Shown here piece after piece: positions 51,654 to 64,000 of a DNA stretch of 64,000 nt. Source of the DNA: Octopus sinensis (Eukaryota); the NCBI RefSeq assembly GCF_006345805.1, contig NC_042997.1, positions 56,544,001-56,608,000 on the forward strand, read 5' to 3'. Positions within the stretch are counted from its first letter, which is position 1. Each line of letters starts with the position of its first letter. Position numbers and translations under genes: made by a program. The notes below the pieces were generated by a model. That model was not told the origin of the DNA. It made no database searches and saw only the letters and a program-made list of their open reading frames with translations.

Positions 51654-53487
51654 CTGTAAAAGTTGATTTCTTATGATTATATACCCGGCCAATTTTAGAA
51701 GAGAAATGTATATAGCAGACTGAATATTACTATTATATTATTAATGGTACTTAATTGTTGTTGTTTAACCTTACAATTGAGTTGATCAATGATCAAAGGC
51801 TTTCCAGCTTCAACTATCCTTTTATTCAGAATTAGTGTATCTAGGACTACACTATCTAACGAGTCTTTTCAACTACTGCAGAATGTGAGGAATGAGATTT
51901 GACAGCTATTACTAGCAGATCTTGTTGATGAATGGTTTGTGCTTCTTCTTGGGTAATAACCTTAATCCATTGTCCCTGTTGGCTCTTGGCTGTCTTTAGT
52001 GAAATCCACTCTGTTGCAGTAATTGAACCAAGTCTGTAGATAACCTATCAGTTGTAGCTTCTTCCTCTTTTGCTCTCACCAAACAAATAAAAAAATTAGA
52101 TACCATTTCATGGTTTATGAGTTCAAAGGAATTTATTGTGTTATTTGACTGAACATCTATTCAGCATGCTTCACTTTATCTCAGAATGGTGAATAAATAA
52201 TAGGAGGTAACACAATGCCAGGAATTCCATAGTTTTTTGTTAGCATTCTAGTATCTAATTGGGCTGACTCAGGATAATGGGTAGAAGGGGTCAAAGCAAT
52301 ATTTGCCACAGAATTTCATCTTAGACAAGTAATTTGATTTCTTCTGACTAGACACAGGCCAATTTTTGCAGGGAAAGAGTAAAGTTGATATGTTGAATAT
52401 TGGTCCATTATTGTTAGTTACTGAAACAGGGGAAGGCAAAGATGACCCCAACAGAATTTAAACTAAGATTGTGATGAAGCTAAAATTGCAATGCATTGTC
52501 TTGAAAAACCATTTCCTGTGAGTTACAGCCAGCTACTGAGTAACAAATTTAGAGCCTAGCCCCCAAGTCTTCAGCATAAAACCACGAATTTATATGGATA
52601 TGAGATTATAAGAACATTCATAGTTTTCTTAGAAATGGTTGAATGAGTGAAGAGAATTGGCTTTAACCTTTTAGCATCCAGATAACTTTGTGAAATCTAA
52701 TGCTTATTTATTCACATTGTTTTGAATTAATCCTGCATTGTCTTAAAGTGTCAAAATTTCAATGATGTGGTTGTATATTTTTTGAATGACATTATAGGGG
52801 AGGTGTGGGAGGTTGGATCTGGTCAGTTTTAGCTTAAAACACATAGAATATTAGGGCCAGTAATGACCAGTTTAAATGCTAAAGAGTTAAGAAGTAAGAC
52901 TTAATCTCAAATATATATTTTTAGAAGTTCTTGCTCTATAGTGCTGACCAACTCATTGTTGTTGAAGATTTCAACAAGATATAGTGGTATTTTTATAAGT
53001 AATTTGAATATGATATTAGTAACTATATTTTTCTATAAAGCCTAGCACATTTTTTGCTCAGTGAGGATTTTCATATGTAATGAGAATCTTCCATTGATAA
53101 ATAATCTTCAGATAATCTTTATCTTGACTTCTATTAAATGATTCTTAATTATAAAAATTGAATGTCACTAATTTACTCCTTGAATAATTTTTTCTTGCAT
53201 TAAATGAAACAATTTTTGTTTTCCTCTCAACTTTACCAGGATGAGCAAAATATTTTCCAGATATTTTATATAATAAATGAAATACATTATTGATTAAAAA
53301 ATCATCTCAGTAGTTTATATAGCACAAAGAATATCAGTAATAAATAGTCGAGCAATTTTAGAATGGAGCTTAACAATCTACATCATCTATCTGTCTCAGC
53401 TAACTGATTTTCTTTGATAATTAATGTAAAACTATTATTTGAATCAATCCACTTTTAAATTATGTCATTTTTATAAGGTCTTCTCTT

Positions 53488-53678
53488 CATTATTTACATT
53501 ATTTACACTCAACAGATATTTGTCCTCATCGGGTGACTTCCCCAAGACACCTGAAGAAGGCTGGAGAGTATATTAACCGAAACGTTACTGTTAACACCAA
53601 CAAGATGAGGACAAATATCCGTCAAATGTAAATAATGTAAATAATGTACATAATTCCTTATCTCTTAAATATAGAACT
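53488..53678 (+). mobile_element. Penelope-LTR-like remnant with inverted ends and a degenerate hammerhead core
   Basis: Arms cattatttacattatttaca..gatatttgtcctcatc and gatgaggacaaatatc..tgtaaataatgtaaataatg flank GACAC-CTGAAGA-AGG...CC-GAAACGTT. Confidence 0.6.
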
Positions 53679-54699
53679 TCTCTTGTTTTCCTCTTTATAT
53701 CATCTCTGGGACAGTCTCCATTCTGAATAGATTTTGGTAATTCTTGTGTTCTTCTACCTCAGTATTTTTATTGGAACATATATTCATGCTTAATATTTCC
53801 TTCAGTGCATCTTTCAGTTGTGTATTTGTAATTTTATAAAGAGAGTAATGAAGGTTTACTAACTGAAAGAGTATGATCATGAATATAAGTAAACAAAATG
53901 AGGTTCTCTGAAGTAACAGTACTTGATAGGGTGTGTAGCTTGAAAATCAAGGTATCTCTCCAGATTGACCCATCACTTTTCTGCTCTGGTACAATAGAAA
54001 TGTGATTAGAATGTCACAGAAAAAAATCTCAAGATAAATTCTTTAATCTGAGCTAACAGGCAAGGAAACCTAGTAATAGACCGAGAATGAGATGGCTGAA
54101 TAATATCCATAATCTCAATTGGTCATGCTTAGAGATCTAGTCAGAAAGTCTAATGACAGATGCTTCTGATAGGACCTTATGGGGGAGGTGCCTGAAGACT
54201 CTTCTCCCACAATCCTCCCAGGAATAGTGTGGGAGGAGAAAATGGATGGATAATGATTGAGTAAGAAGTTCTCGGCCTCAATTCAAAGAATAAAATACTT
54301 CTGTCTAACAATAATAACATCAAGAAATAGCAAAAGGAAACTAAAGAGAATTAAAGATTTCATGGTAGGTGAGCTCTATATGAAGATTATTATATTCATA
54401 GGAAATAGTAAAGATCACTAACTTCATAAAATTCATTCTCCCACTTGCAAGTAGCTTTTCTATTCATTCAATACAGTTGCAATAAGAAAGTTGGATACTA
54501 AAATGAAACCCAGGAGTGTAAAAGGAACTTTAATTCTAATGACAAGGAGCTTAGTGGCACCATGACCACAGTGAAGATAATCCATCTAGGAAAGGAGATA
54601 TTCTGGACTAGAACTGATATAAGGTGGAGAAGGGCCTTAATCTTGCAAGGCGAGAAGGCATGTATCCAGTGCTGCTATCAGTTGTTGATAAGAAAGGCA

Positions 54700-56300
54700 G
54701 CTAGTCATAAAATCTTTGCTTATATCATGAAACTGAAGATTACAATTTTTAACAGCAATTTTGTTAATAGAACTGATATCAGACACATTAGTACTGTGCA
54801 CAAAGGGATAGTGCCTGATGTGAAAGGTCTCTTGACCATTATCAAGTCATCTTTTCAGAACCTTCATTCCAAGCCTGCCATTGTTGATATTGGTAAAATG
54901 AAGGATAAAATGGGGGGAGATGGTTAAGATGTTAGAAGAGAAATAGCTGGATGCATATTGTGTGCAAAAAGTGATATGGGAAAGGTACTTCAGCTAAACA
55001 CACAAAGAAGCAAAAGCACTGGTTTCACTGATGATGCATGCATACTCAAAGCAGAGAAGTAGATAAATGTTAATTGAAATCATCAGAATGATTAAGTAAA
55101 CTCAAAGAACTATTAGACAGTATGATAGCAACTGTTTTCTCTATTTGTACTTTACAAGTAAGATTGAGAGATGAGCAAAATTACTGAAACAACCATGCAG
55201 GCTACCTTGAGAATTCATGACAATGATATTGTCGACATAGCTGCTGATTTTAATGATTATCTAGGATATACTGGTACATATGGAGGCAATAGTCATATTA
55301 CAAAAATCTTGGTCAAGGAAGGATCAACACTTCAAGAGTTCTGTGGTGCAAATGACCTAACAAAACAAACTTTGGTAAAGCAACCAGCCAGTGGGTTTAA
55401 GAGCCAGGTTAGCTTTATATTTACCAGATGACATGGGATGCTAACAAGCATCCCATTGAAGTTTTCAGTTTCTTCCCCCATTCTTGTTTTTATCTGCAAA
55501 TATTCAAGTTGTGCCTTAACAACATCATCATCGTTTAACGTCCGTTTTCCATGCTAGCATGGGTTGGACGGTTCAACTGGGGTCTGGGAAGCCAGAAGGC
55601 TGTGCCAGGCCCAGTCTGATCTGGCAGTGTTTCTACGGCTGGATGCCCTTCCTAACGCCAACCACTCCGTGAGTGTAGTAGTTGCTTTTTATGTGCCACC
55701 TGCACAGGTGCCAGACGAGGCTGCACAAATTTGGGAAGGCATGAAAAGGTCATGGGCACTTCTTCTAACTAGAAGGAAAAGAGATTAATGGTTATCAAAT
55801 TAAGGCTGAGGACCAAACACATTCAGAAACCTAGCCTAATAATAAGGAGTAGGAGGGTATACACAAAAAGCAAAATTTCCAAACAGCTCCAATCGAAGAT
55901 TATCTCAATAGCAAGGAGAATAGATTACAATATAGAGGTAAGTTGGGAATTTCTAAGTGACAAACAGTTTCAAGTTATTGACTACTTCAGTGGAAAGAAC
56001 AAGGCTGCAACTAAAAAGCAGGTAATGTGATGGATAGGATTACAAGAGTTAAGCAGCATTCCAAGAAATAATGGCAAAAAATTGTGTAGCAAGGATACTA
56101 GTAAATCATGAGCCTTGATCATGGGAGATCGGTGGGGATAGAGAGAAATGAGTAAACATATCTGTTGAATATGTAATGTTAGCTTTGAGTTACTCAGTCC
56201 AAATCAGTAACGGGTAACCAAAGAAAAGAAAACGTGGTAAGATGTGGTAAGGAAGCATCTCAGGATATTGAACCTCACAGAAGATGAAAGATTGAAACAA
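54700..56300 (+). mobile_element. Very old RTE-like LINE debris, with a younger RTE-tail insertion (55523-55722, - strand)
   Basis: APE remnant IAADFNDYLG...LQEFCGANDL. The insert matches the RTE 3' UTR. Confidence 0.5.
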
Positions 56301-56619
56301 TCATCAACATGTTGTGCGGCAGATGTATGTCTCACATATCCCATCATGGGAAAAACAGATGTTAAAATGTTAATGGTGATGATTATGAACTGAAAGAACC
56401 AGCAACTATTTAATAAGGATAGTAGGCACAATTCCTCACTCGATTTTTGGTTTTGATTAGATGTAAAAAAAAAAAGTCTAAGGGAGTGAACTCTTGCTCA
56501 GCATGCAACCTCATACGCCAGCACTTATTTCTCTATATTATCTTGATTTATCTATACTCCAAAATTTATTAATATGTAAGGTATAATATTGAATATTCAA
56601 AATAGCATTCCATTCTTAC

Positions 56620-56794
56620 CTTGAGCAACCAGTTCTTTGCAAAGTGGCACCAAACCTCGATTAGCTCCAATACACAAAGCAACGAAAGCTCTGTAGGCAA
56701 TCCAGTCTCTTCGAACATCTTCTCTCATAGCTAATATATATTGACTTTCTGGTGCTTCAAATTCAGTGTCTTGAGTTACTCCTAATCTGAAAAC
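56620..56794 (-). CDS. ANKRD60: ANKRD60-like gene exon (175 nt, phase 0-1)
   Basis: Encodes VFRLGVTQDTEFEAPES...DWIAYRAFVALCIGANRGLVPLCKELVAQ. This resembles the ANKRD60 segment LG.T.D......W...RAFVAL..A..RG as I recall it. Splice sites are canonical. Confidence 0.85.
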
Positions 56795-56894
56795 CTTTCA
56801 ACAAAGATACAAAGATTTAAATGGCAAGGAACAGAAAGCTGCAACATTTATATCTTCCTTTGAAATTAGAACTAAATAATAAATGCAGCTTATC

Positions 56895-57138
56895 TCTATT
56901 ATATATTTCTTTATTACTCGCAAGGGGCTAAACATAAAGGAGACAAACAAGGTCAGACAAAGGTATTAAGTCGATTACCTCGACCCCAGTGCGCAACTGG
57001 TACTTAATTTATCAACCCCGAAAGGATGAAAGGCAAAGTCGACCTCAGCAGAATTTGAACTTAGAACGTAACGGCAGACGAAATACGGTTAAGCATTTCG
57101 CCCAGCGTGCTAACACGTCTGCCAGCTCGCCGCCTTAG
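56895..57138 (-). mobile_element. tRNA-derived SINE with a Meta-SINE-like core (other copies at ~3905-4052, 30105-30255, 50200-50395 and 61545-61705)
   Basis: tRNA-like head and the core gcctttcatcctttcggggt(c/t)gataaattaagtaccag. Confidence 0.8.
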
Positions 57139-57490
57139 GGGAAATGAATATAGTCAACTGAATATTACTACTATATAACAAATGGTATTTATTTTATCAA
57201 TCTTGGTAAAATGAAAGGAAATATATAGTAACTAAAATCCATGAAACATTTAATTTAGTTCTTAACTGTTGGTGCCATCTCAACACTGTTTACATTTATT
57301 CTTTTTACTTGTTTCAGTCATTTTGACTGTGGCCATGCTGGAGCACAACCTTTTTAGTCAAAGAAATTGTCCCTGGACTTATTCTTTGTAAGCCTGGCAA
57401 TTATTCTATCGGTCTCTTTCGCTGAACAACTAAGAGGACATAACACACACCAACATTGGTTGTCAAGCGATAATGGTGAGACAAACACAG

Positions 57491-57546
<56 letters not shown>

Positions 57547-57710
57547 GTATATATATGACGAGCTTCTTTCAGAATAAAAGAAAACTCTAAACCTTTAGAA
57601 ACCATAGAACGTTTGGAAGAAGGAATAAAAAAGACAAATGTTTCTTTTTTTTCCTTCTTTTCTTAATCTGAGGAGGGATAAACCAGATAAAATTTAAGGC
57701 ATTTACAAAC

Positions 57711-57835
57711 CTCATAAACATCACCTTTAATTGCTGCTTTTACAAGATCTTTCCATATTGTCCAGACATCAAGATCTACTTCTGTTTTAGGAAGAATGCG
57801 GTTTTCTGCAAGAGTTGTGTCATCCAACAAATCTG
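57711..57835 (-). CDS. ANKRD60: ANKRD60-like gene exon (C-terminal half of the ubiquitin-like domain)
   Basis: Encodes DLLDDTTLAENRILPKTEVDLDVWTIWKDLVKAAIKGDVYE: a ubiquitin-like L.D..TL...I motif followed by W..LV.AA..GD. It has a tandem NAGNAG acceptor. Confidence 0.85.
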
Positions 57836-58334
57836 CTGCATTGAACAGGTAAACAGGTAAAAAGAGTGTCAGTAAATAAACTCGGAGTCTTTTCTATAGA
57901 ATACAGGGAATGTTAGTTACTACTACTACATTGTGACTTTAAGGAAGAAGCCATGGAAAGAGTTAATATTTATCAATTGTTGCAAGGAAATTATATTTAT
58001 TAAATGTGTGTAAACTTTGTCATTTTATCTGTTTGTACGACTATGTGGTTAAGCAGTTCGCTTTGAAAGTACATGGTGCCAGGTTTGATCCCACAGCACA
58101 GCACATTTGGCAAATATCCTCAGATTGACCGATACCTTGTAAGAAGCATTTAATAGTCAAAAACCCATCATACACACACACACACACACACACATATATA
58201 AGAGAGAGTGTGTGTGTGTGTGTGTGTGTGTGCATGCGTGCATGTTTGTGCATGTACATCTTTCACCTGTGTACCTCAAGGAAAGATACAAAGAACAAGT
58301 AGGAAAACAGAAAAATGATATTTTTATGAAGTCC

Positions 58335-58445
58335 CTGGAGATATTTTTTCCCCATTGAGTTGCAAACACTCCCTTGACATTCTTATCATCAGAAATGCAA
58401 TGAACGAAGGAGTGGTCAGTTGGAAATTTTGAACCAGTAACCCTA
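58335..58445 (-). pseudogene. Possible OARD1/TARG1-type macrodomain fragment
   Basis: RVTGSKFPTDHSFVHCISDDKNVKGVFATQW resembles the motif GDLF..P..SLAHCIS.D..MG.G.A..F. Confidence 0.35.
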
Positions 58446-58869
58446 TTGTTTACATATTGCAATATACAATATACAAAATATTTATTAATCATTTAATTGC
58501 ACTGCCAACAAATGAACACTATGCAAATTAGTTTAACCATTTCAGTTAGATCTTGGTTTGTGTCTGATTTAGTGTTAGCTATTCAGCTTTCTTCATTCAA
58601 GAGAAAAAGGGGTACATCTTCCTATCACTTATCCCTCCATCACTCTTCTAACAACTGCATTATTCTGCTGCTATAATCAATTAAGAGCAGAGCTACATGT
58701 ACCATCATCCTCTCTTGTGCTACCAATTATCTTTCCCTCTTCCCTGAACTACCACCTCTTGATATATATCCCCTTATACTTCACAGCTCTCATATTATCT
58801 ACTAACTACCCTTTCTATGCTGCCAGTATCACTCCCTCTCCCTAGAGACACTTCCTGTTAACACCCAAA

Positions 58870-59257
58870 TTTCATTAGGAACACCATTTCATACTACCAT
58901 GCGTGGGTTGTTGCCAGTGCCACCTGGCTGGCTCCATATGCCAGTGCCACATAAAAAGCACCATCCGAACGTGGTTGATGCCAGACACCCCTGACTGACT
59001 CCTGTGATGGTAGCACGTAAAAAGCACCATCCAAACATGACCAATGCCAGTGCCATCTGACTGGCTCCCATACCAGTGGCATGTAAAAAACACCCACTAC
59101 ACTCTCAGAGTGGTTGGCATCCAGCATCCAGCTATACAAAGATTGCCAGTTCAGACTGGAACCTGGTGTGGCCTCCTGGTTTACCAGTCCCCAGTCAAAC
59201 CGTCCAACCCATGCCAGCATTGAAAACGGACATTAAACTATGATGATGATGATGATG

Positions 59258-59260
<3 letters not shown>
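58870..59260 (+). mobile_element. RTE 3'-UTR fragment with (GAT)n tail
   Basis: Homologous to 10100-10550. Confidence 0.8.
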
Positions 59261-59292
<32 letters not shown>

Positions 59293-62200
59293 GCTTCTTT
59301 CAGTTTCTGTCTACCAAATTCACTCATGAGGCTTTGGTTGGCCTGAGGCTATAGTGGAAGACACTCTTAAAATATAGAGTTGAATTTTGTGTTGCCACCT
59401 GTTGGCAACTTTTTTCCTCACCCATTTTGTAGGGAGTGTTACCCATTTTCCTGGGCTCTTTTCACAGCTATACCCCATTCGAAATTTGCATTAGTTTTTG
59501 TATGAAAGAAAAAAACCCAAAGGGAGCATGGCTTGTTTGTAGTTTGTAAGGAAATGTTAAACATGCCTGAAAAAAACATGGTCTTTTCCCCAACTTAAAG
59601 ACACGAAGAACTATAAAAGAATGTGAATAAATACTGGGGGTAGGGGAAAGAAGAGAGAACAAACACTTGATCATTCTCGAACTCCCAGAATAAAAATGTA
59701 AACACCTGAAAGACTTTCCCTCTTCTTTATTGTTAAAAGTAAAGAAGATTGAAAAGATTGATCGTATTTCAGTCTAATTGTCATTGTAAATGACTGATGC
59801 ATTCCTTTCTCTGTCTCTATCGTTTCACTCCTTTTCTCTACAGTTAAGAGAGTGAAGCTGCGTGGCTCAGTGATTAGGGGTATTTGGCCAACAATCATAT
59901 AGTCACAAGTATGATACCTGATGGTGCACTGTGTTCTTGAGCAAAGTACTCTACTTCACCTTGCTGCAGCAGTCCACTCAGCTGGCAAAAATGAGTTGTA
60001 GTTGTAATTCAAAGGGCCAGCCTTGTCATTCTGTGTAAGGATGAATCTCCCTAAGAACTACATTATAGTATGCATGTCTATGGAGTACTCAGCCACTTGC
60101 ACATTAATTTTATGAGCAGACTGTTCCGTTGATCAAATAACAGGAACCTCGTCATTGTAAGCAACAGAGTGCCACTTTTTAAAAAAGAGTGAAAAAGAAA
60201 TGTTCCATATCATAAGGCAAAAATGCCATGTGTTTAGTATAAGCAGTGAAAGCTAAGATGAAATAATTGCTATTCCATTATGTGTTCACCCTCGACTCAT
60301 GCTCAGTTTGATAACAGCAGCCTGAGCATCGGTGTTTATCTTGGTGCTTGGCCTCCAGATCTGTGAGACCAACAAATGCCGCTGTTAGGACTGGATTAAC
60401 ACCCATAGTGAACTAAAAAGATTTCGCTGCCCCTATATAGGATCTTTTTTCATTTTCTTCCAACCACTTGAAGGTTTATCTTGCTCCAGTCCACTCAGCT
60501 TCCCAAAATGAATTGTAACTGTAATTGAAAGGGGCCAGCCTTATCATATTCGTGTGAGGCTGAATCTCTCTGAGAACTACGTTAATGGTATGCATGTCTA
60601 TGGAGTACTCAGCCACTTGTAAGTTAATTTTATCATCATGTAGTAATGAAAAGTGAAAGTGACATCCAATATTTGCTGTAGTTGTCTTTGATTTAACAAT
60701 GTCTATGTATCAACTTTTCTTTCGATCTATGCATCTACTTTTCTTGCGATGTGATAAACATTTAAAAACAAAACAAACGCCATCACCACTCACTGTCTCT
60801 TTCACTCTCTCTCTCTCTTTCTCTCAAAAACAATTATATAACACAAAACAAACACCTTCACCACTCAATGTCTCTTTCACTCTCTCTCATTTTGCCACTC
60901 ACTTCTTTTGAAGTGTGACACACACCACAGGTACATACAAAAACAAACAAAACTAAGTGTATTAATATTATTGACACATACACCCTCAACTCTAATCATT
61001 TATTTCTCTCCTCCACTCACATCACACTAGTGAACTTAACCACTCACTCTTCCTAATCCCTTGTCTATTCTTTCTTATACTCACCTTCTTGTACTTTGAA
61101 AGTATGTTCTGATACTTCATCACTATCAGTTTTCTTTCCAGTTACTCCCACCCTTATATAATGCAAGGCAACCATACATCTCCTCTACAGCAAGACACCT
61201 ATGCCCGTTCATCTGTCATACTTCAGCATCTCAACACTGGGCATAGAACCACTTCCCTGTCTACTGCAATCCCATTTAGTTGAAGAGTCATTTTCTTTGT
61301 CTTGTGAGTTAATCAGCAGCCTCACTAGTGCCAGTATTTCATCCGTGTGAACGTTCTGAGTTCAAATTCCACTGAGGTCGACTTTGCCGTTCATCCTTGT
61401 ACCTTTAGTAGAAAGGATATTAGGAAAGGCATCAAGCTGTAGAAACCATGCCAAAACAAATATTGGAGCCTAATGCAGTCTTCCAGTCTTTCTGTCAAAC
61501 CATCCAACCCATGCCAGCATAGAAGACGGACATGAAATGATATTCCTTTCTACTAAAAGTACAAGGCCTGAAATTTGAGGGAGAGAGCTAGTTGATTTCA
61601 TCAACCCAATGCATAACTGGTACTTATTTAATCGACCCCGGTGGAATTTGAACTCAGAACGTAGCAGCAGATGAAATACTGCTAAGCATTTCGCCTGGTG
61701 TGCTAATGATGATGATGACTGAAATACATGTGTGTGTATGAATATAAGTGCATGTCTATGTGTTTGTGTTTATCACTGCTTGGAAAATGCAGGCTGCATT
61801 TTAACAGCAGCTAGAGTTGCAAACTCTGTTTGGTAGGGAAGTGGATGGTCCTGAACAATTCTCCTCATCTGGATATTTTGTTGAATTCCAAAAAGGATAT
61901 TTTTATGCCTTGCTTCCACAAATGTAAATACACTTGTTGAGTCCTACCAAGCAGCTGAGACTGGTGTAATTTATTCCATTCCAACACTCTCAGACATTCT
62001 TTTCCTTATCCCTAAACACCTCTCACATGTACACATACGTACATGTAATACACTAACATTGCCTTTTCCTCCATCCACTTGCTTTACAATCTAACTTTTT
62101 TCATACCCGGGTTAATAACTTTGAAAGCCTTTTTCAAAATGCATCTTGATAAATTCAAGGTTTTCTTAGGTTTCATTTTCCAGCTTCTTGCAGCCAAGTA

Positions 62201-62427
62201 GTTTGCTTTGCTTTTACCCTTCTACCTGACTAGATGTTAATTTTTGAAACTCCAGTACAAATGATGTCTAGTTATACATTTCCAGTCAAATGATGATTAG
62301 GTGGTTTCACTTTCTGCTTAGCAAAGTCTGACCCTGCATGAAATCGCCTGGCATTTTTGCTTCGCCACAACTTTGTTTTTAATTTATAATTATATATTCA
62401 AACTGTTTGGTTGTTTGTGTGTTTGTT

Positions 62428-62474
<47 letters not shown>

Positions 62475-62499
62475 ATATGTATGTGTGTTTTCCTCTTTT

Positions 62500-63150
62500 T
62501 AATTTAGAATAAAATTTGACAGGCCACCTACTCAGTTGCAAGGTTGTGAAGGACAGCATTTTGTTTTGTTTATCATCCTTACAAATTTTTATTACCCCAG
62601 ATATTGTGATCATTTGTAGTGTACAAATTGAAGAGTTGAATTCTCTTCCAAAGAATCCAAGATCAGCCATACTTTGCTTTAGGTGGATTGGTATGTATCC
62701 TGCTGCTCTGATAATAATAGTTATGAATCTGAAAGTGCATCCTGAGCACTGGATTTGCAAACTCTTTATCAATGGTCCATAGATGTCCTCTTTCTCTTGA
62801 ATTTTTTAACTACACTGAGTCCCGAGGGTAGCTGATTTCCACAAAAGAGCACATCTTTTCCTTGCCATCTCACACAACAATATCTGGTCGGTTGTGTTTT
62901 AACTTGGTTGCTGTTTTAATTTTTAAGTTCTGCCAATATCTTATTGACCCATTAGACTCAATAAGGTCAACTTCATTTGTGGATGTTTTCTTTTTTGTTA
63001 TTCTAGTCCAAACTGTTCTGCCCACTACATCATGCCTCATGGGAAGATAATATCTGGAAAACATTCTCTCACAGTTTCACTTCTTCTTTTCTGCACAAAG
63101 CACTTCAGTTAATTATTCTGTCCCAGAACTGAAACTCTCTGGGATTCATA
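62500..63150 (-). mobile_element. R4/R2-group non-LTR retrotransposon C-terminus (restriction-like endonuclease), decayed
   Basis: Translation gives YLPMRHDVVGR...KHNRPDIVV...FVEISYP...QEKEDIYGPL, i.e. RHD, PD..E and K..Y motifs. Confidence 0.8.
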
Positions 63151-64000
63151 ACTTGTCCATATCTTTTTCTGTGCAGACACGAAACTTGACACAACTTGCA
63201 AAAGACATGAGCACTGCTCTCTTTTCTTTGACTAACTTTAAAAAAAAAAAGAGATCAGGTCAACTACTAGACAATTGAAATTCAAGCAAGCATGATATTG
63301 CATCGCCAATTTAAAGGATTTGAGTTCAAATGCACTGCAGGCATTCCATTTTATATTTGTATAGTTTACTTAATTGTGTTTTTCAGAATAAATATCAGAT
63401 CTTCAGGGTATGTCTGTCACCTGAGATAGACTGACATTTTAATTAGAGAGTTTATATTTCACCTGCTTCTTGCCAAAGAAGTAAAGCTAACAGAAGTCTT
63501 AACACAACACATTTTTTTTTTACTGACTGTCCATAAAACCTAAAGGCAACATACATTAGAATACATCTGACATACTGAGGATGATGCACCCTCTTCTTTA
63601 ATATATTCTAGATTACATAAAAATATTTTGGCAGATATTAAGTAAGCTTTAACTCATCAGTCTACAAACACTGACCTAGGTCATACAGTGTCGCATTTTC
63701 ATCTCGTTTTCAATTAACTATAATGGATACTGTTTTGAACTTGCAGATTATGCAATGTCCTAAAGTAAATCAATTTCATGCACTTGTCTCTCTCGCTTCC
63801 ATCAAAATAGTTGTCAATATTTTGAATGGTATGTAGAAGGCTACAGTGGCATGTAAGATAAGATAAATGGGAGGAGATAATGTATAAAGAATGGGTTTAA
63901 GTGAGCAATTCAGGGAAGTATTGTAATAATAGTTGTAGAAATAGAAGAAGTGTCTATTTAATTGATTGGAAATTGTTGTAGAGACCCAGAAAGTAATGGT

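Noticed and set aside
61085-61150. Candidate upstream ANKRD60 exon with a GTGAGT donor
   Set aside because: The peptide has no ubiquitin-like similarity, and the sequence resembles a dispersed repeat also seen at ~7840-7920 and ~35780-35870.

Overview
AT-rich, repeat-dense animal DNA. It is most likely from an octopus (inferred from the tRNA-derived SINE families, the abundant RTE LINEs and the long TA/CATA microsatellites). Nearly all ORFs in the supplied track are microsatellite or transposon artefacts. I reconstructed one real host gene by hand: a minus-strand ANKRD60-like gene (ubiquitin-like domain plus ankyrin repeats) with 9 phase-compatible coding exons between 57835 and 32650. Its first coding exon was not found and probably lies beyond 64000. 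Four of its exons appear to come from tandem duplication of an exon+intron module. A probable promoter and non-coding first exon of a second minus-strand gene lie near 6.5 kb. Mobile DNA includes RTE LINEs with a PHD finger in ORF2, a young CR1-like LINE, an R4-like endonuclease fragment, Penelope remnants, mariner/Tc1 elements, a Merlin-like MITE, Helitrons and several SINE families. The most notable structures are (1) a 5.1-kb composite Helitron that splits a LINE exactly at an A|T, (2) several hammerhead-ribozyme motifs, one followed by tandem half-ribozyme units, (3) the duplicated symmetric exons, and (4) a foldback-like element whose ends carry an expandable 21-bp repeat. All calls are by eye; no searches or folding programs were run.
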